Positions 39,876 to 51,895 of a stretch of DNA of 64,000 nt are shown piece by piece. Location of the stretch: the NCBI RefSeq assembly GCF_001194135.2, contig NC_068987.1, positions 14,070,525-14,134,524 of the forward strand, given 5' to 3'. Within the stretch, counting starts at the first letter, position 1; each line of letters starts with the position of its first letter. Source of the DNA: Octopus bimaculoides (Eukaryota). The translations under genes and the position numbers were made by a program. A model generated the notes under the pieces. It saw only the letters and a program-made list of their open reading frames with translations. It was not told where the DNA came from and ran no database searches.

Positions 39876-40141
39876 ATAAGACAAGTTATAAATGATGGTC
39901 ATTACATATTTTTCCTTTATTAGAACAAATTTGGCTTACAGCTGTTTCCAATAGTCACTATAGGTACATTATTGATCGGTTTACTCAGTTGGACTATTGA
40001 TCAGTTGAGAAAAATTTATCAATAGATGATTGAGTAAATCTATCAGTAATATATTTATAATGCCTACTGGGAACAACTGTGAGCCAATTTGTTCTAATAA
40101 GGGAAATATATTTAATGACCATTATTTATGCCTTGTCTTAT
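39876..40141. repeat. Foldback (palindromic) element, arms about 90 bp
   Basis: ataagacaag..ggtcatta..ttattagaacaaatttggcttacagctg is mirrored by ..actgtgagccaatttgttctaataa..taatgacc..cttgtcttat. Confidence 0.8.
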
Positions 40142-41462
40142 ATATCACTCTGCAAAAACCAGTTTGACTGGAGCCCAACCATGGATTTACAGTATAGAAT
40201 TGTGATGAACAATAACCTTCGACCCTAAACAATATCGTTAGCCTGGTGTGCCAACAGAGAGCTTATGAAGTATTTTATCCGGATTGATAATTCGTCGCAA
40301 TTAGCTATACACATACACACACACACACGTCTTGGATTCACAAATGCAATGAAAAGTACTTAATACATCTTGTAGAATTTATTTATATATTCATAACAAA
40401 GGCTTTGTTCTATTGCTACTCTGAGTTTCTCATTTCTGTGTCAGTATTAAAGATGTAAATGAGAAACTCAGAGTTGGAACTGGGTGAAGCCTCAACTTCA
40501 AATAAACAAAAATACATAATATATTTATTCCAGCGGATGGACAAGTCCAAAGAAGCTGTGTCCAACCAGTTAGAATAAAGAACTCGAAAGATGAGTCTGG
40601 GAGGAATAAATATTTAATCCATAATTGTTACTTCGACAAAATATATTTCATTTTTTTTTTTCTGCCTATGACTCTTCAGNNNNNNNNNNNNNNNNNNNNN
40701 NNNNNNNNNNNNNNNNNNNNNNNNNNNNNNNNNNNNNNNNNNNNNNNNNNNNNNNNNNNNNNNNNNNNNNNNNNNNNNNNNNNNNNNNNNNNNNNNNNNN
40801 NNNNNNNNNNNNNNNNNNNNNNNNNNNNNNNNNNNNNNNNNNNNNNNNNNNNNNNNNNNNNNNNNNNNNNNNNNNNNNNNNNNNNNNNNNNNNNNNNNNN
40901 NNNNNNNNNNNNNNNNNNNNNNNNNNNNNNNNNNNNNNNNNNNNNNNNNNNNNNNNNNNNNNNNNNNNNNNNNNNNNNNNNNNNNNNNNNNNNNNNNNNN
41001 NNNNNNNNNNNNNNNNNNNNNNNNNNNNNNNNNNNNNNNNNNNNNNNNNNNNNNNNNNNNNNNNNNNNNNNNNNNNNNNNNNNNNNNNNNNNNNNNNNNN
41101 NNNNNNNNNNNNNNNNNNNNNNNNNNNNNNNNNNNNNNNNNNNNNNNNNNNNNNNNNNNNNNNNNNNNNNNNNNNNNNNNNNNNNNNNNNNNNNNNNNNN
41201 NNNNNNNNNNNNNNNNNNNNNNNNNNNNNNNNNNNNNNNNNNNNNNNNNNNNNNNNNNNNNNNNNNNNNNNNNNNNNNNNNNNNNNNNNNNNNNNNNNNN
41301 NNNNNNNNNNNNNNNNNNNNNNNNNNNNNNNNNNNNNNNNNNNNNNNNNNNNNNNNNNNNNNNNNNNNNNNNNNNNNNNNNNNNNNNNNNNNNNNNNNNN
41401 NNNNNNNNNNNNNNNNNNNNNNNNNNNNNNNNNNNNNNNNNNNNNNNNNNNNNNNNNNNNNN

Positions 41463-41498
<36 letters not shown>

Positions 41499-41606
41499 GA
41501 TATAGATATAAATATTTATACACACACCACACAAATAGGGAGAGATAAAATTTGGGGTTAATTCTTTTGTTAGAGGATTCTTCTGTGACATTTCACCCCA
41601 CAAAAT

Positions 41607-41711
41607 TTATGGAGAATATGAAGAGGAAGATGAGGAATCATTGCTGCTGCCACTGCTGGATTTATGGTGGTGATGCTTCTTCTTTTTCTTGTGCTTGGAT
41701 TTCTTGTGTTT
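41607..41711 (-). CDS. ZCCHC17: ZCCHC17 terminal exon 8: KHKKSKHKKKKKHHHHKSSSGSSNDSSSSSSYSP*
   Basis: TTAG acceptor, in frame to TAA. The eight exons sum to 759 nt (252 aa + stop). Confidence 0.8.
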   Translation of the reverse strand, partial: KHKKSKHKKKKKHHHHKSSSGSSNDSSSSSSYSP

Positions 41712-41817
41712 CTAACAAATAATTAAATAAATAAAAAGAGAAACAATTAGCTGAATATGTTTACTGAATAAATAAACTTTTATTATAAGTTCTAAAATTG
41801 CAGAAGAATTCGTTGCT

Positions 41818-41891
41818 GGGCAGTTTAGTTTAATGGTAAAACACTTGACGCGTAATCACAGAGATGTGAGTTTGAGTCTCATGGCTGGCCA
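41818..41891 (+). pseudogene. tRNA-Thr(CGT)-like degenerate sequence (pseudogene or SINE head)
   Basis: Cloverleaf remnants: acceptor gggcagt/gctggcc, D-arm tagtttaatggtaaaac, anticodon CGT. The T-loop is mutated (tttgagt), so it is unlikely to be functional. Confidence 0.45.
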
Positions 41892-42315
41892 GTAGCGTAT
41901 TTTTCTGCAATAAATGGATAATTTATCCTGATCATGCTATTTATAGCATTATCACGCGTTTGAGAAATGAATTTATTTCTGTTCTTACAATACATCTCAA
42001 CGCTTCTAAAAAAGAACAAACTTTGTTTGTTTACTTTCATCGTAAAGTTGAATTTAAACTTTTAATTTCTTCAACAACAACATCAGATTTGAAGTGAAGG
42101 AAACCATTTGTATGACAGCAACACTTGTTTAACAACCATCGCACAATATCAAGGCAAGGAGATAGTAAGACATACACAAATATCATCTTCAGAGCCAGTG
42201 CAACAAGTTAGCTTAGTGGACTTGAATTAATAGAGAACTTAAAGAATATCTTACCTGGATTGATAATCCCTTATTAATAATTATTTATGTACATACATAC
42301 ACATGTACATACACA

Positions 42316-42480
42316 GGCGCAGGAGTGGCTGTGTGGTAAGTAGCTTGCTTACCAACCACATGGTTCCGGGTTCAGTCCCACTGTGTGGCACCTTGGGCAA
42401 GTGTCTACTACTATAGCCTCGGGCCGACCAAAGCCTTGTGAGTGGATTTGGTAGACGGAAACTGAAAGAAGCCTGTCGTA

Positions 42481-42529
<49 letters not shown>

Positions 42530-42720
42530 CTGTGTTTGTCCCCCCACCAACGCTTGACAACCGATGGTGGTGTGTTTACGTTCCCGTAACTTAGCGGTTC
42601 GGCAAAAAGAGACCGATAGAATAAGTACTAGGATTACAAAGAATAAGTCCTGGGGTCGATTTTCTCGACTAAAGGCGGTGCTCCAGCATGGCCTCAAATG
42701 ACTGAAACAAGTAAAAGAGT
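42316..42720 (+). mobile_element. tRNA-derived SINE family A, full-length, with internal (TA)n(TG)n
   Basis: Head ggcgcaggagtggctgtgtggtaagtagcttg..ggttcagtccc (A/B boxes) and tail ..gactgaaacaagtaaaagag. About 10 copies in the window. Confidence 0.9.
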
Positions 42721-43309
42721 ATACATACATATATATATGACATGGTGTTTTTTTTTAATGACTCATTCACTGTTCACTTTCTGTGCATTATTCTCCATAC
42801 TGTTGATGCACTTTTAGCAATTTTTTTTCCCAATGTGTTGTAATGCACCTGAGCACTATATATAAGTTCATTATCATTATTAAGGCGGTGAGCTGGTAGA
42901 ATCGTTAGCATGCTGCACAAAATGCTTAACTGTATTTTGTCTGCCGCTACATTCTGAGTTCAAAATCCAGGTCGACTTTGCCTTTCATCCTTTTGGGATT
43001 GATTAAATAAGTACCAGTTGTGCCCTGAGGTCAATGTAATCAACTTAATCCCACCCCCCTCAAAGCTGCCCTTGTGACAAAATTATTATTATTATTATTA
43101 TTTTTGTATGCCCATAAACTGAACAATTACCCTCAATAGCCACTAATTAATCATACTTTTTCAAATTTTTTTCATTAAAAACCTGCCTGATTACCTCCTT
43201 GGTAATCCTGAAAAAACATTGTGACCATTGATCCAGACGTTTCACCATGAAGAGGGTACAGACAGACAGACTGACATAATGCCCATTATAGTATGTATTA
43301 TTATGAAGG

Positions 43310-43580
43310 TGCCCCTGGACTGGCTCTTGTGCGGGTGGCACATAAGATGCACCATTTTGAGCGTGGCCGTTGCCAGTACCGCCTGACTGGCCTTCGTGCG
43401 GGTGACACGTAAAAGCACCCACTACACTCTCTGAGTGGTTGGTGTTAGGAAGAGCATCCAGCTGTAGAAACTCTGCCAAATTAGATTGGAGCCTGGTGTT
43501 GCCATCCGGTTTCACCAGTCCTCAGTCAAATCGTCCAACCCATGCTAGCATGGAAAGCGGATGTTAAACGATGATGATGA
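43310..43580 (+). mobile_element. 5'-truncated copy of the RTE 3'UTR repeat
   Basis: Ends in catggaaagcggatgttaaacgatgatgat. Same family as 46243, 47585 and 62709. Confidence 0.8.
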
Positions 43581-43739
43581 CAATGATAATGACAACAATA
43601 ATGACTGCAACAAAACCAGCCGCAGATTATGGAATAAAGAAAAATATCACTGGTTAAGCATCTTAAGACTACACTATATTACGCCTTACCATGCCATACT
43701 TCACTCAGTAGCTAATAATGAATAAAGTTGACTACTTAC

Positions 43740-43811
43740 ATCTGAAGAACTCTTGGATTCTTTCTTGTGTTTCTTTTTCTTCTTTTTGTGTGCCTTTTTG
43801 GCTTTTTTCTC
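43740..43811 (-). CDS. ZCCHC17: ZCCHC17 exon 7: EKKAKKAHKKKKKKHKKESKSSSD
   Basis: TTAG/GTAAGT bounded, 72 nt, phase 0-0. Lys-rich tail typical of the family. Confidence 0.8.
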
Positions 43812-44080
43812 CTAATGAAAGAAATTGAATTAAGGAAATTACATTCTAATAATCTGTTACACGACAATTTTAAAGAGGAGGGGGTTAGACAATTACATTG
43901 GCTCCTCAGTACTTGACTGATACTTTAGTTTACTGCCTCCTGAAAAGACAAAAGCCAAAGTTGGCCTTGGCAGAATCTGAACTTAGAATATAAAGAACCA
44001 AGAGATGCTAATAAACATTTTCTCGGGTATACTAATGACTCTACTAGCTCAGTATCTTAATAATAATAATAATAATATAT

Positions 44081-44482
44081 ACTCTTTTACTTGTTTCAGT
44101 CATTTGACTGTGGCCATGCTGGAGCACCACTTTTAGTTGAACAAATCGACCCCAGGACTTATTCTTTGTAAGCCTAGTACTTATTCTATGGGTCTCTTTT
44201 GCCGAATTGCTAATTTACGGGGACATAAACACACCACCATCAGTTGTCAAGCGATGTTGGGGGGACAAACACAGACACACAAACATATACACACACACAC
44301 ACACACACATACATATATACGATGGGCTTCTTTCAGTTTCTGTCTACCAAATCCACTCACAAGGCTTTGGTCGGCCCGAGGCTATAGTTGAAGACACTTA
44401 GCCAAGGTGTCACGCAATGGGACTGAACCCGGAACCATGTGGTTCGTAAGCAAGCTACTTACCAAACAGCCACTCCTGCGCC
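44081..44482 (-). mobile_element. SINE family A, full-length
   Basis: Reverse complement of 42316-42720. Confidence 0.9.
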
Positions 44483-44864
44483 TACTCTATATACATATAT
44501 GTATATATATATACATGCATATAAAATGATTATTTGCCAACTTAATGTGGCAGTCCTGCTTAGGGTGAATGCTATTGTTGTTTAGTCCCAGGAGACATCA
44601 TCTCCAGCTGGCTATATGACACATGATCTGTGTCCTTATATTTTCGAACAGGGGAGATTAGAACCCCCACCCAGCACAAAGTTAAACAACAGTAACATTT
44701 GCTCTACACACTCACACACACACACATATAAAACTGCCTACAGTTTATAGATGGGTAATTAGTTTTCTTTGTACAAGATCAGATTGGAGCTTGGTGCAGC
44801 CTACTGGCTTGCCAGTCCCCAGTCAAATCATCCAACCCATGCCAGCATGGAAAACGGACGTTAA

Positions 44865-44900
<36 letters not shown>

Positions 44901-45769
44901 CAGTATTCAGCTAAGTAAACAGCTTATTGGAGTTTCCACGAAATCCATACACACTGATAACGAAAGTACCATGCTAAATGACAAGTTGGTTTTTCCAGAC
45001 ATTTAGGTGTGGTGACACAAAGAGTGAATTACCTCATGGGTCAGAGGAAGGGATGGGCTAACAGAGTGACAGTAACACACTGGACATGATTCAGAAACAA
45101 ATGACATTAAAATGTACCTGTGCCTATCTTATGGTCTAGACTGCATAGAAAACTTTTGGTAAATCCTTCTTCCTCTCAACTATTGATCACCTATTTTCCC
45201 TCTCCAGTCCCTAATTTTTTAAAGTGGTGAAATGGAGGTCCTTATAGCATCAAATAGAATCCTTTGCAGTACTTATCCTGGCTCTGAGTTCAAATCCTGC
45301 CGAGGTCAAATTTTACTTTCATCCATTCAAGGGTTGATAAAATAAAGTACCAGTCCAGTACTGAGATTGCTTCTCTCTACTCTCTCTCTCTCTCTCTCTC
45401 TCTCGCACACATACATTCTCTTGTAGAAATCAGTTACAGTTAGATCTGGAGAGGAAAGAGGCAATAACAGCTTTAACCTTTTAGAACTTAAACTGACAAC
45501 ATCTGGCTCAAATATTCTATCTATTTTTTTTTATAAGTTCAAACTGGCCAAATGCAGCCACTCAAGCCTACCTACAATGTCATGCTAAAAAGAAACAATT
45601 ACATCATTAAAATCTCAGATATGAGATAATGCATGATTAATTCAAAACAATGTGAATAAATAAGTGTTAAATTTGACAGAGTAATCTGAATGCTAAAGAC
45701 AAGCAGAATTTCATGACAACATTCCTACAACTTAACATTCCTACAACTCTCCCAAAGAGAGAGAGAGAG

Positions 45770-45824
<55 letters not shown>

Positions 45825-46242
45825 ATACATACATATACATGCATACATATACATACATATATATATACATAGATAAATATCTCATAGTGAAAGTCATAGA
45901 AACGAAACTAATATATATATATATATATACATAGTGTAAGTATAAGTTTCACTTTTAAAACTGAAAGTATAGAGATGTTTTACTTTTGACACGTAATACG
46001 GAAATAGTGTAAGAGATAAGAGATTGCTTTGGGCTTGCATTAAGCTAGAAGTTGAAACTTTTTTTAACCCGTGACACTGCATGGACCCTAAGTAAGGCAT
46101 GTTTAAAATTTGAATGAGATTGGTTGGGTAGTTCTTGAGTTTTAGTGATGCACACTTACAGACACACACAGACAGATGGACGGACAGACAGACGCACATG
46201 CTCAGTTTTATATAGATATAATATATATATATATAAATAAAT

Positions 46243-46415
46243 ACTCTCTGAGTGGTTGGCGTTAGGAAGGGCATCCAGCTGTAGAAACTCTGCCAAATCA
46301 GATTGGAGCCTGGTGTAGCCATCTGGTTTCACCAGTCCTCAGTCAAATCGTCCAACCCATGCTAGCATGGAAAGCGGATGTTAAACGATGATGATGATGA
46401 TGATGATGATGATGA
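46243..46415 (+). mobile_element. 5'-truncated copy of the RTE 3'UTR repeat with (GAT)n tail
   Basis: Near-identical to 43430-43580 and reverse-complementary to 47585-47750. Confidence 0.85.
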
Positions 46416-46796
46416 TATATATATATATATATATATANNNNNNNNNNNNNNNNNNNNNNNNNNNNNNNNNNNNNNNNNNNNNNNNNNNNNNNNNNNNNNN
46501 NNNNNNNNNNNNNNNNNNNNNNNNNNNNNNNNNNNNNNNNNNNNNNNNNNNNNNNNNNNNNNNNNNNNNNNNNNNNNNNNNNNNNNNNNNNNNNNNNNNN
46601 NNNNNNNNNNNNNNNNNNNNNNNNNNNNNNNNNNNNNNNNNNNNNNNNNNNNNNNNNNNNNNNNNNNNNNNNNNNNNNNNNNNNNNNNNNNNNNNNNNNN
46701 NNNNNNNNNNNNNNNNNNNNNNNNNNNNNNNNNNNNNNNNNNNNNNNNNNNNNNNNNNNNNNNNNNNNNNNNNNNNNNNNNNNNNNNNNNNNNNNN

Positions 46797-47310
46797 CATG
46801 TACGTTGTTTTGTCTTGGTTTTAAAAGATGGGCTACAGCAAATATTCTGCTTAATACCACAGATTTGCTTGTCAGTTGTTTGACCATAACGAGTTGAGCA
46901 TGTCCCTTGGCGGCTGACGATATGTGCATCTCTGATCATGAGCAGAAGTAGTGGGGGAGCATCATAGCCACGTGTTGAGAGGAATTCTTTGGGGTTTGAA
47001 TAATTCACCTTTGGAAACATGGGTGTCTTGCTCAACATCCTTAAACAAACCTTATTCAGGGACCTTTTGAGCAGGATGGGCTACTCGACCTGAAAAAAAA
47101 TTCTAACTGGGCCCCACCTGCGAGGTAATGCGCTGTTTATTTTGATGAGGTCACCATGTCGCGCACATATGGTTGTGATGCATGTGCCTGGTGTACCCTT
47201 ATCAGACGGGTAGTCATGATGGGTATATTGGGCTTTGTATATTTTACCCCAGTGTCACTTTGATGGCATGCACTGCTCTCTCACTCAATAATAATAATAA
47301 TAATAATAAT
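46797..47310 (+). mobile_element. Second LINE/SINE 3'-end repeat family ending in (AAT)n
   Basis: A reverse-complement copy lies at about 37385-38010. Simple-repeat tail. Confidence 0.75.
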
Positions 47311-47314
47311 ATAC

Positions 47315-47442
47315 CTTCTTTCTAAGTTTCTTTTCTTCATGTGATAGGTGAGATTTTTCTGAAACATGTTTGCCTTCATCTGTCTCTGGAACAAGACTGT
47401 AAGATTTGCCATTCACACTGAAACAGTCTTTGGAAAAATGAC
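47315..47442 (-). CDS. ZCCHC17: ZCCHC17 exon 6: HFSKDCFSVNGKSYSLVPETDEG...LRKK
   Basis: AG/GT bounded, 128 nt. Completes CX2CX4HX4C and matches GHFAKDCF...YSLIP. Confidence 0.93.
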
Positions 47443-47584
47443 CTGAAAAAAGAATTTACAAATTAACTACATTAATCTCTTAATAACATGCAGATTTACA
47501 AGCCAGTAAGAAGACAAGCAGAACTCCCTGTGTGGTTGCTCGACTTGCTAGAAACAGCAGCCAAATGTCCCTTTAATTACACTA

Positions 47585-48040
47585 TATCATCATCATCATC
47601 ATCATCGTTTACCATCCGCCTTCCATGCTAGCATGGGTTGGATGATTTGACTGAGGACTGGTGAACCAAATGGCTACACCAGGCTCCAATCTGATTTGGC
47701 AGAGTTTCTACAGCTGGATGCCCTTCCTAACGCCAACCACTCCGAGAGTGTAGTGAGTGCTTTTACGTGCCACCGGCACGAGGGCCAGTTAGGCGGTACT
47801 GGCAACAGCCACGCTCAAAATAGTGTTTTTTACGTGCCACCTGCACAGGAGCCAGTACAGCGGCACTGGCAACGACCTCGCTCAAATGCTTTTTCCCGTG
47901 CCACCAGCACAAGTGCCTGTAAGGCAAAACTGGTAACAATCACGCTCAAATGGTGCTATTTACGTGCCACTGGCACGGAAGCCACACAGCTGCTCTGGCA
48001 ATGATCACGCTCGGATGGTGCTCTTAGCGCTCCACTAGCA
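47585..48040 (-). mobile_element. RTE 3'UTR repeat copy
   Basis: (CAT)n then gttt..catccgc.ttccatgctagcatgggttgga... Near-identical to 62709-63070. Confidence 0.85.
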
Positions 48041-48494
48041 CAATTAAAAGACCAATTAAACATTATAGTTGTAGATATACAAAAAATTACGCTAGGAATA
48101 GCTGAAATATATTTAACCTTAGGTCTGCTTGATCAGGCCTGTCCTAGCACTCTATTTTTTAACCTTTTACTCATTTCAGTTGAAGGGTTTAGTCAAACAA
48201 ATCAATCCCAGAACTTATTTTAGTCTGGTACTTATTGGTTACAGAAACACTGAGATGCCAATATCCAGCAACTGATCATGTCTAGCCAATCCACTCAGCT
48301 GGCAATAATAAGTAATCCTGAGATAGATTGTCACCCCATTTAAGGAGAGAATATGTATGCCACAAACTCTGGGAAACTAGCCTTATGAGCTTATGGCTCA
48401 GAAAGGGCCTTTGATCTTTTTTTTTTTCAAATGAGTAATTGTGGACCTGAGCACGTTATACAATAAGCTCATTAGTATTATAAACAAAGTAGCT

Positions 48495-48972
48495 GCACAT
48501 GACTGTATGGTAAGAAGTTTGCTTCCCAACCACACGGTTCCAGGTTCAATCTCACTGCATGATATCTTGGACAAGTGTCTTCTACTATAACCTTGGGCTG
48601 ACCACAGCCTTGTGAGTGAATTTGGTAGATAGAAACTGGAAGAAGCCCATCGTATGTGTGTGTGTGTGTGTTCATGTTTGACCCCCACTACTGCTTGACA
48701 ACTGCTGTTGGTGTGTAGATTTAGTGAACAGAAACTAAAAGAAGCCCACTGTATATATATGTGTGTGTGTGTCTTTGTACTTACTCCCCCCACCACTTGA
48801 CAACCAGTGATGGTGTGTTAACATCTCCGTAACTTAGTGGTTTGGCAAAAGATAATAATAAAATAAGTACCAGGCTTAAAAAAAAAAGCTTGAGGATTGA
48901 TTCAGTCAACTAAAAATTCTTCAGGGCGGTGACCCAGCATGGCCGTAGTCTAATGACTGAAATTAATAAAAG
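48495..48972 (+). mobile_element. SINE family A with internally duplicated core
   Basis: The gaagccc-(microsatellite)-ccccac-cttgacaac block occurs twice in tandem. Confidence 0.75.
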
Positions 48973-49183
48973 ATAAGGATGAAAAAGTAATTTTAAGAGC
49001 CTTGTTTGTCATTCCTCTTTATTTGTCACCATTAACACCATTAAAAGAGGTATACACACCACATTATATCATTTCCCTTTCCTGTAAAACTGTGACTTTA
49101 TACAGTTTATACTCATGAAAGAAACCTACCTGAGAGAAATATAGTTAAAAAGAACATGATACTATTGTGTAATTATAACTTAC

Positions 49184-49284
49184 CATATGCACCACATTTT
49201 TTACATGTTGTATCATAGACTGCACCAAGTTCGATTTTCTGAATCTCTCGCTTGAAACCCTTCTTTTGTTTCCGCTGATCGATA
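49184..49284 (-). CDS. ZCCHC17: ZCCHC17 exon 5: IDQRKQKKGFKREIQKIELGAVYDTTCKKCGAY(G)
   Basis: AG/GTAAG bounded, 101 nt. Matches KITLEAVLNTTCKKCG, the first half of the CCHC knuckle. Confidence 0.95.
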
Positions 49285-49701
49285 CTGGAAATAAAAAATA
49301 TACACAGAAATATAGATATTACTCTTTTACTTGTTTCAGTCATTTGCCTTTCAGTTAGAGGCTGCACCAGATTCCATAGTCTGTTTTGCCTTGGTTTCCA
49401 AAGCTGGATGCCCTTCCTAACACCAACCACTTCACAGATGTACTGGGTGCTTTTTACATGGCACCAGCACCAGTGCTTTTTATGTGGCACCTTGGTTTTA
49501 GGATCTCAATTCTGGTGTGGTGGGTGGGTCATGTAATATTTAAAGCAACTTTGCATATAGGACCAGGGGTGATTTTCTGACAATTAGGAAAAGGAAATCA
49601 ATGTTTTTTCTCTGTTGTCAAATACAGAAATCACTGATCATGTAATGTGTTTTATGACAAAAACAACACTGAAGTATTTTTGAAAATAAAAACAAATGCA
49701 T

Positions 49702-49935
49702 GAGGCGATGAGCCGGCAGAAATGTTAGCATGCTAGGCGAAATACTTAGCGGTATTTCGTCTGCCGTTACGTTCTGAGTTCAAATTCCGCCGAGGTCAAC
49801 TTTGCCTTTCACCCTTTCGGGGTCGATAAATTAAGTACCAGTTACGCACTGGGGGTCGATGTAATCGACTTAATCCCTTCGTCTGCCCTTGTTTGTCTCC
49901 TCTGTATGTAGCCCCTTGTGAGCAATAAAGAAATA
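49702..49935 (+). mobile_element. SINE family B, full-length, in ZCCHC17 intron 4
   Basis: Near-identical to 12781-12990. Confidence 0.88.
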
Positions 49936-49975
49936 AAAAACAAATGAATGATTTACATTTAAGAAATCTTCTTAC

Positions 49976-50058
49976 CTCACTTGTATATTGTTTGGATCCA
50001 TATCTTTTCCACTGGTTTGATCCACACATTTCATTGAAAGACTAATTTTACCTTCATC
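49976..50058 (-). CDS. ZCCHC17: ZCCHC17 exon 4: DEGKISLSMKCVDQTSGKDMDPNNIQV
   Basis: AG/GTAAG bounded, 83 nt. Matches KVSLSMKVVNQGTGKDLDPNN. Confidence 0.95.
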
Positions 50059-50432
50059 CTACAAAATATCCAATAACAAACTATCAAAATAAAATAACAA
50101 ACTACTGAGAGATTATTTTATATATTTAATATATAAGCTTCAAGGTAAGTTTAGCGTTTCTTTATAAGCTTATCCATTTTCAGATTCGGCTTCTTTTTTT
50201 TTTCTTTGTCATAATCTCTTAGTTCACTGGAATAATCTTGTTACATTCTCCAAGAAGATACATAACTTTCAAATTTTCTCTACATTATATAAGGGTGTGC
50301 AGGAGAGATGACTCTATAAAGACATAAGTCAGTTTTATAATAGGGATAAAATAATATACCATATAGACTAGAAATTAGCATAAGGACTCTCCCAAGATAC
50401 AACAGAGAATAAATTGTTTTTTTTTTACGTAC

Positions 50433-50533
50433 TGTGATTGCAATGACTTTACAGTATACTCTCTCTCGAACACTAAGCACTTCAGAAGGATCATCCACAT
50501 GAGAGTTGGACATTTGGGATTTATGGACCAAAC
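50433..50533 (-). CDS. ZCCHC17: ZCCHC17 exon 3: LVHKSQMSNSHVDDPSEVLSVRERVYCKVIAIT
   Basis: AG/GT bounded, 101 nt, phase-compatible. S1 core GLVH..MS..VD.PSE. Confidence 0.93.
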
Positions 50534-51659
50534 CTGTAATAATAAACAGAGAAATGTATCAAATATCTGAGTTTTGTTTAATAATTACCATGCTGAAAAA
50601 TTTTCAGGCTTTAACATTGTAAGTAACATTTTTTGTAGCCTCAATGTATCTTTGCTTGAAGGACATGTATGGTGAAAGAGTGTGAGGAAGTTTTAAATCA
50701 TCACCATCACCATCATCATACAATTTAATGTTCATTTTTCCATGGCTGCGTGAGTCAGACAGAATTCATTGAGGCTGATTTTCTATGGCTGGATGTCCTT
50801 CCAATTACCGACATTCACTTGTTTCCATGCAAGGTAATATTTTCCCCATGGCCTGACATGTTTTCATGGAAGATTGGAAATGCTTAGATGATGGTAACAC
50901 TCATTTATAACTATCATGTGATGCCAAGACAAAGACACACAAACACATACAAATATTCATACATAAGTATATCTAATGTACAATATATGGATTTAACTAA
51001 CCCTGTAGTACTTATAAAGAAAAGCTCCTTTAATGGGTTAGGCTACAAAACACATAGTAAACCAAAACAAAATAATGGGGTGTAATGCAGTTGAAACCCA
51101 ATAAATCTAATTGATAATGATTATATCATTAGGAGAGTATAAAATGTGTGTGTGTGATGGTGTATTGAATTGATCCCAATATATGAGTGATGTAAAAAAA
51201 AAGGATGATTTTTAGGATTCTATCAAATTCTAGGATTTTTAGGATTCTGGACAAAATGAAGTCTGGCTGGCCAGCTCCAGTCAAACCATCCAACCCATGC
51301 CAGCATAGAGAATTGGTGTTAAGTGAAAATGATGATGAGAAAAAGACACAGCACTTTTCTTAAACAACAGAGAGTTGCTGGATTATAAAAAAATTGTAAG
51401 TCTTAGTATGTTAATTTAACTATGTACTTCTTAGACATTTAAGTCTGAAGAAACCTTCTACTTTATTTCAAATTTAGTTGGTATTTTTAAATGATTTTTA
51501 TCTAAGTCTACACTGCATCTGTGGGATAAATCACCTCCAAGACCATCCCTTTACAATCCACTCAATATACATACACATTAAATGTGAAAGCATCCCAGTT
51601 GCTTCAAACTAACGAGGTCATTTTTAATGTTGAAACTCGAAGTAGATATGGCTATAAAT

Positions 51660-51895
51660 AATAGCGTGTAGAATATTATGCCTCGTGGCAGGCCTTGCAT
51701 CAGATGACTGCATGTGATTGGGGAAGATCGCCAGAGGCTTGACATCACCTTGGAGGATGCAGAGGGGCTGGCATGGGACCACCAGTGGTGGAGAGCACTG
51801 GACGCCCTGGTCGGCTCTACACATGATGTCTCTGGGGCCACTAACCTGGGGTGACCCCAGTCCCATCAAGCAAGAGCTTGAAGCAGCAGCAGAAG
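51660..51895 (+). mobile_element. Degenerate LINE (RTE-like) C-terminal fragment
   Basis: PRGRPCIR*...DAEGLAWDHQWWRAL resembles the RGRP..RW.D......A.DR..WR LINE C-terminus. Confidence 0.55.

Noticed and set aside
47696-48004. Repeated ORF MAEFLQLDALPNANHSESVV (also 62809 and 43147) suggesting a gene family
   Set aside because: Antisense translation of RTE 3'UTR repeat copies.
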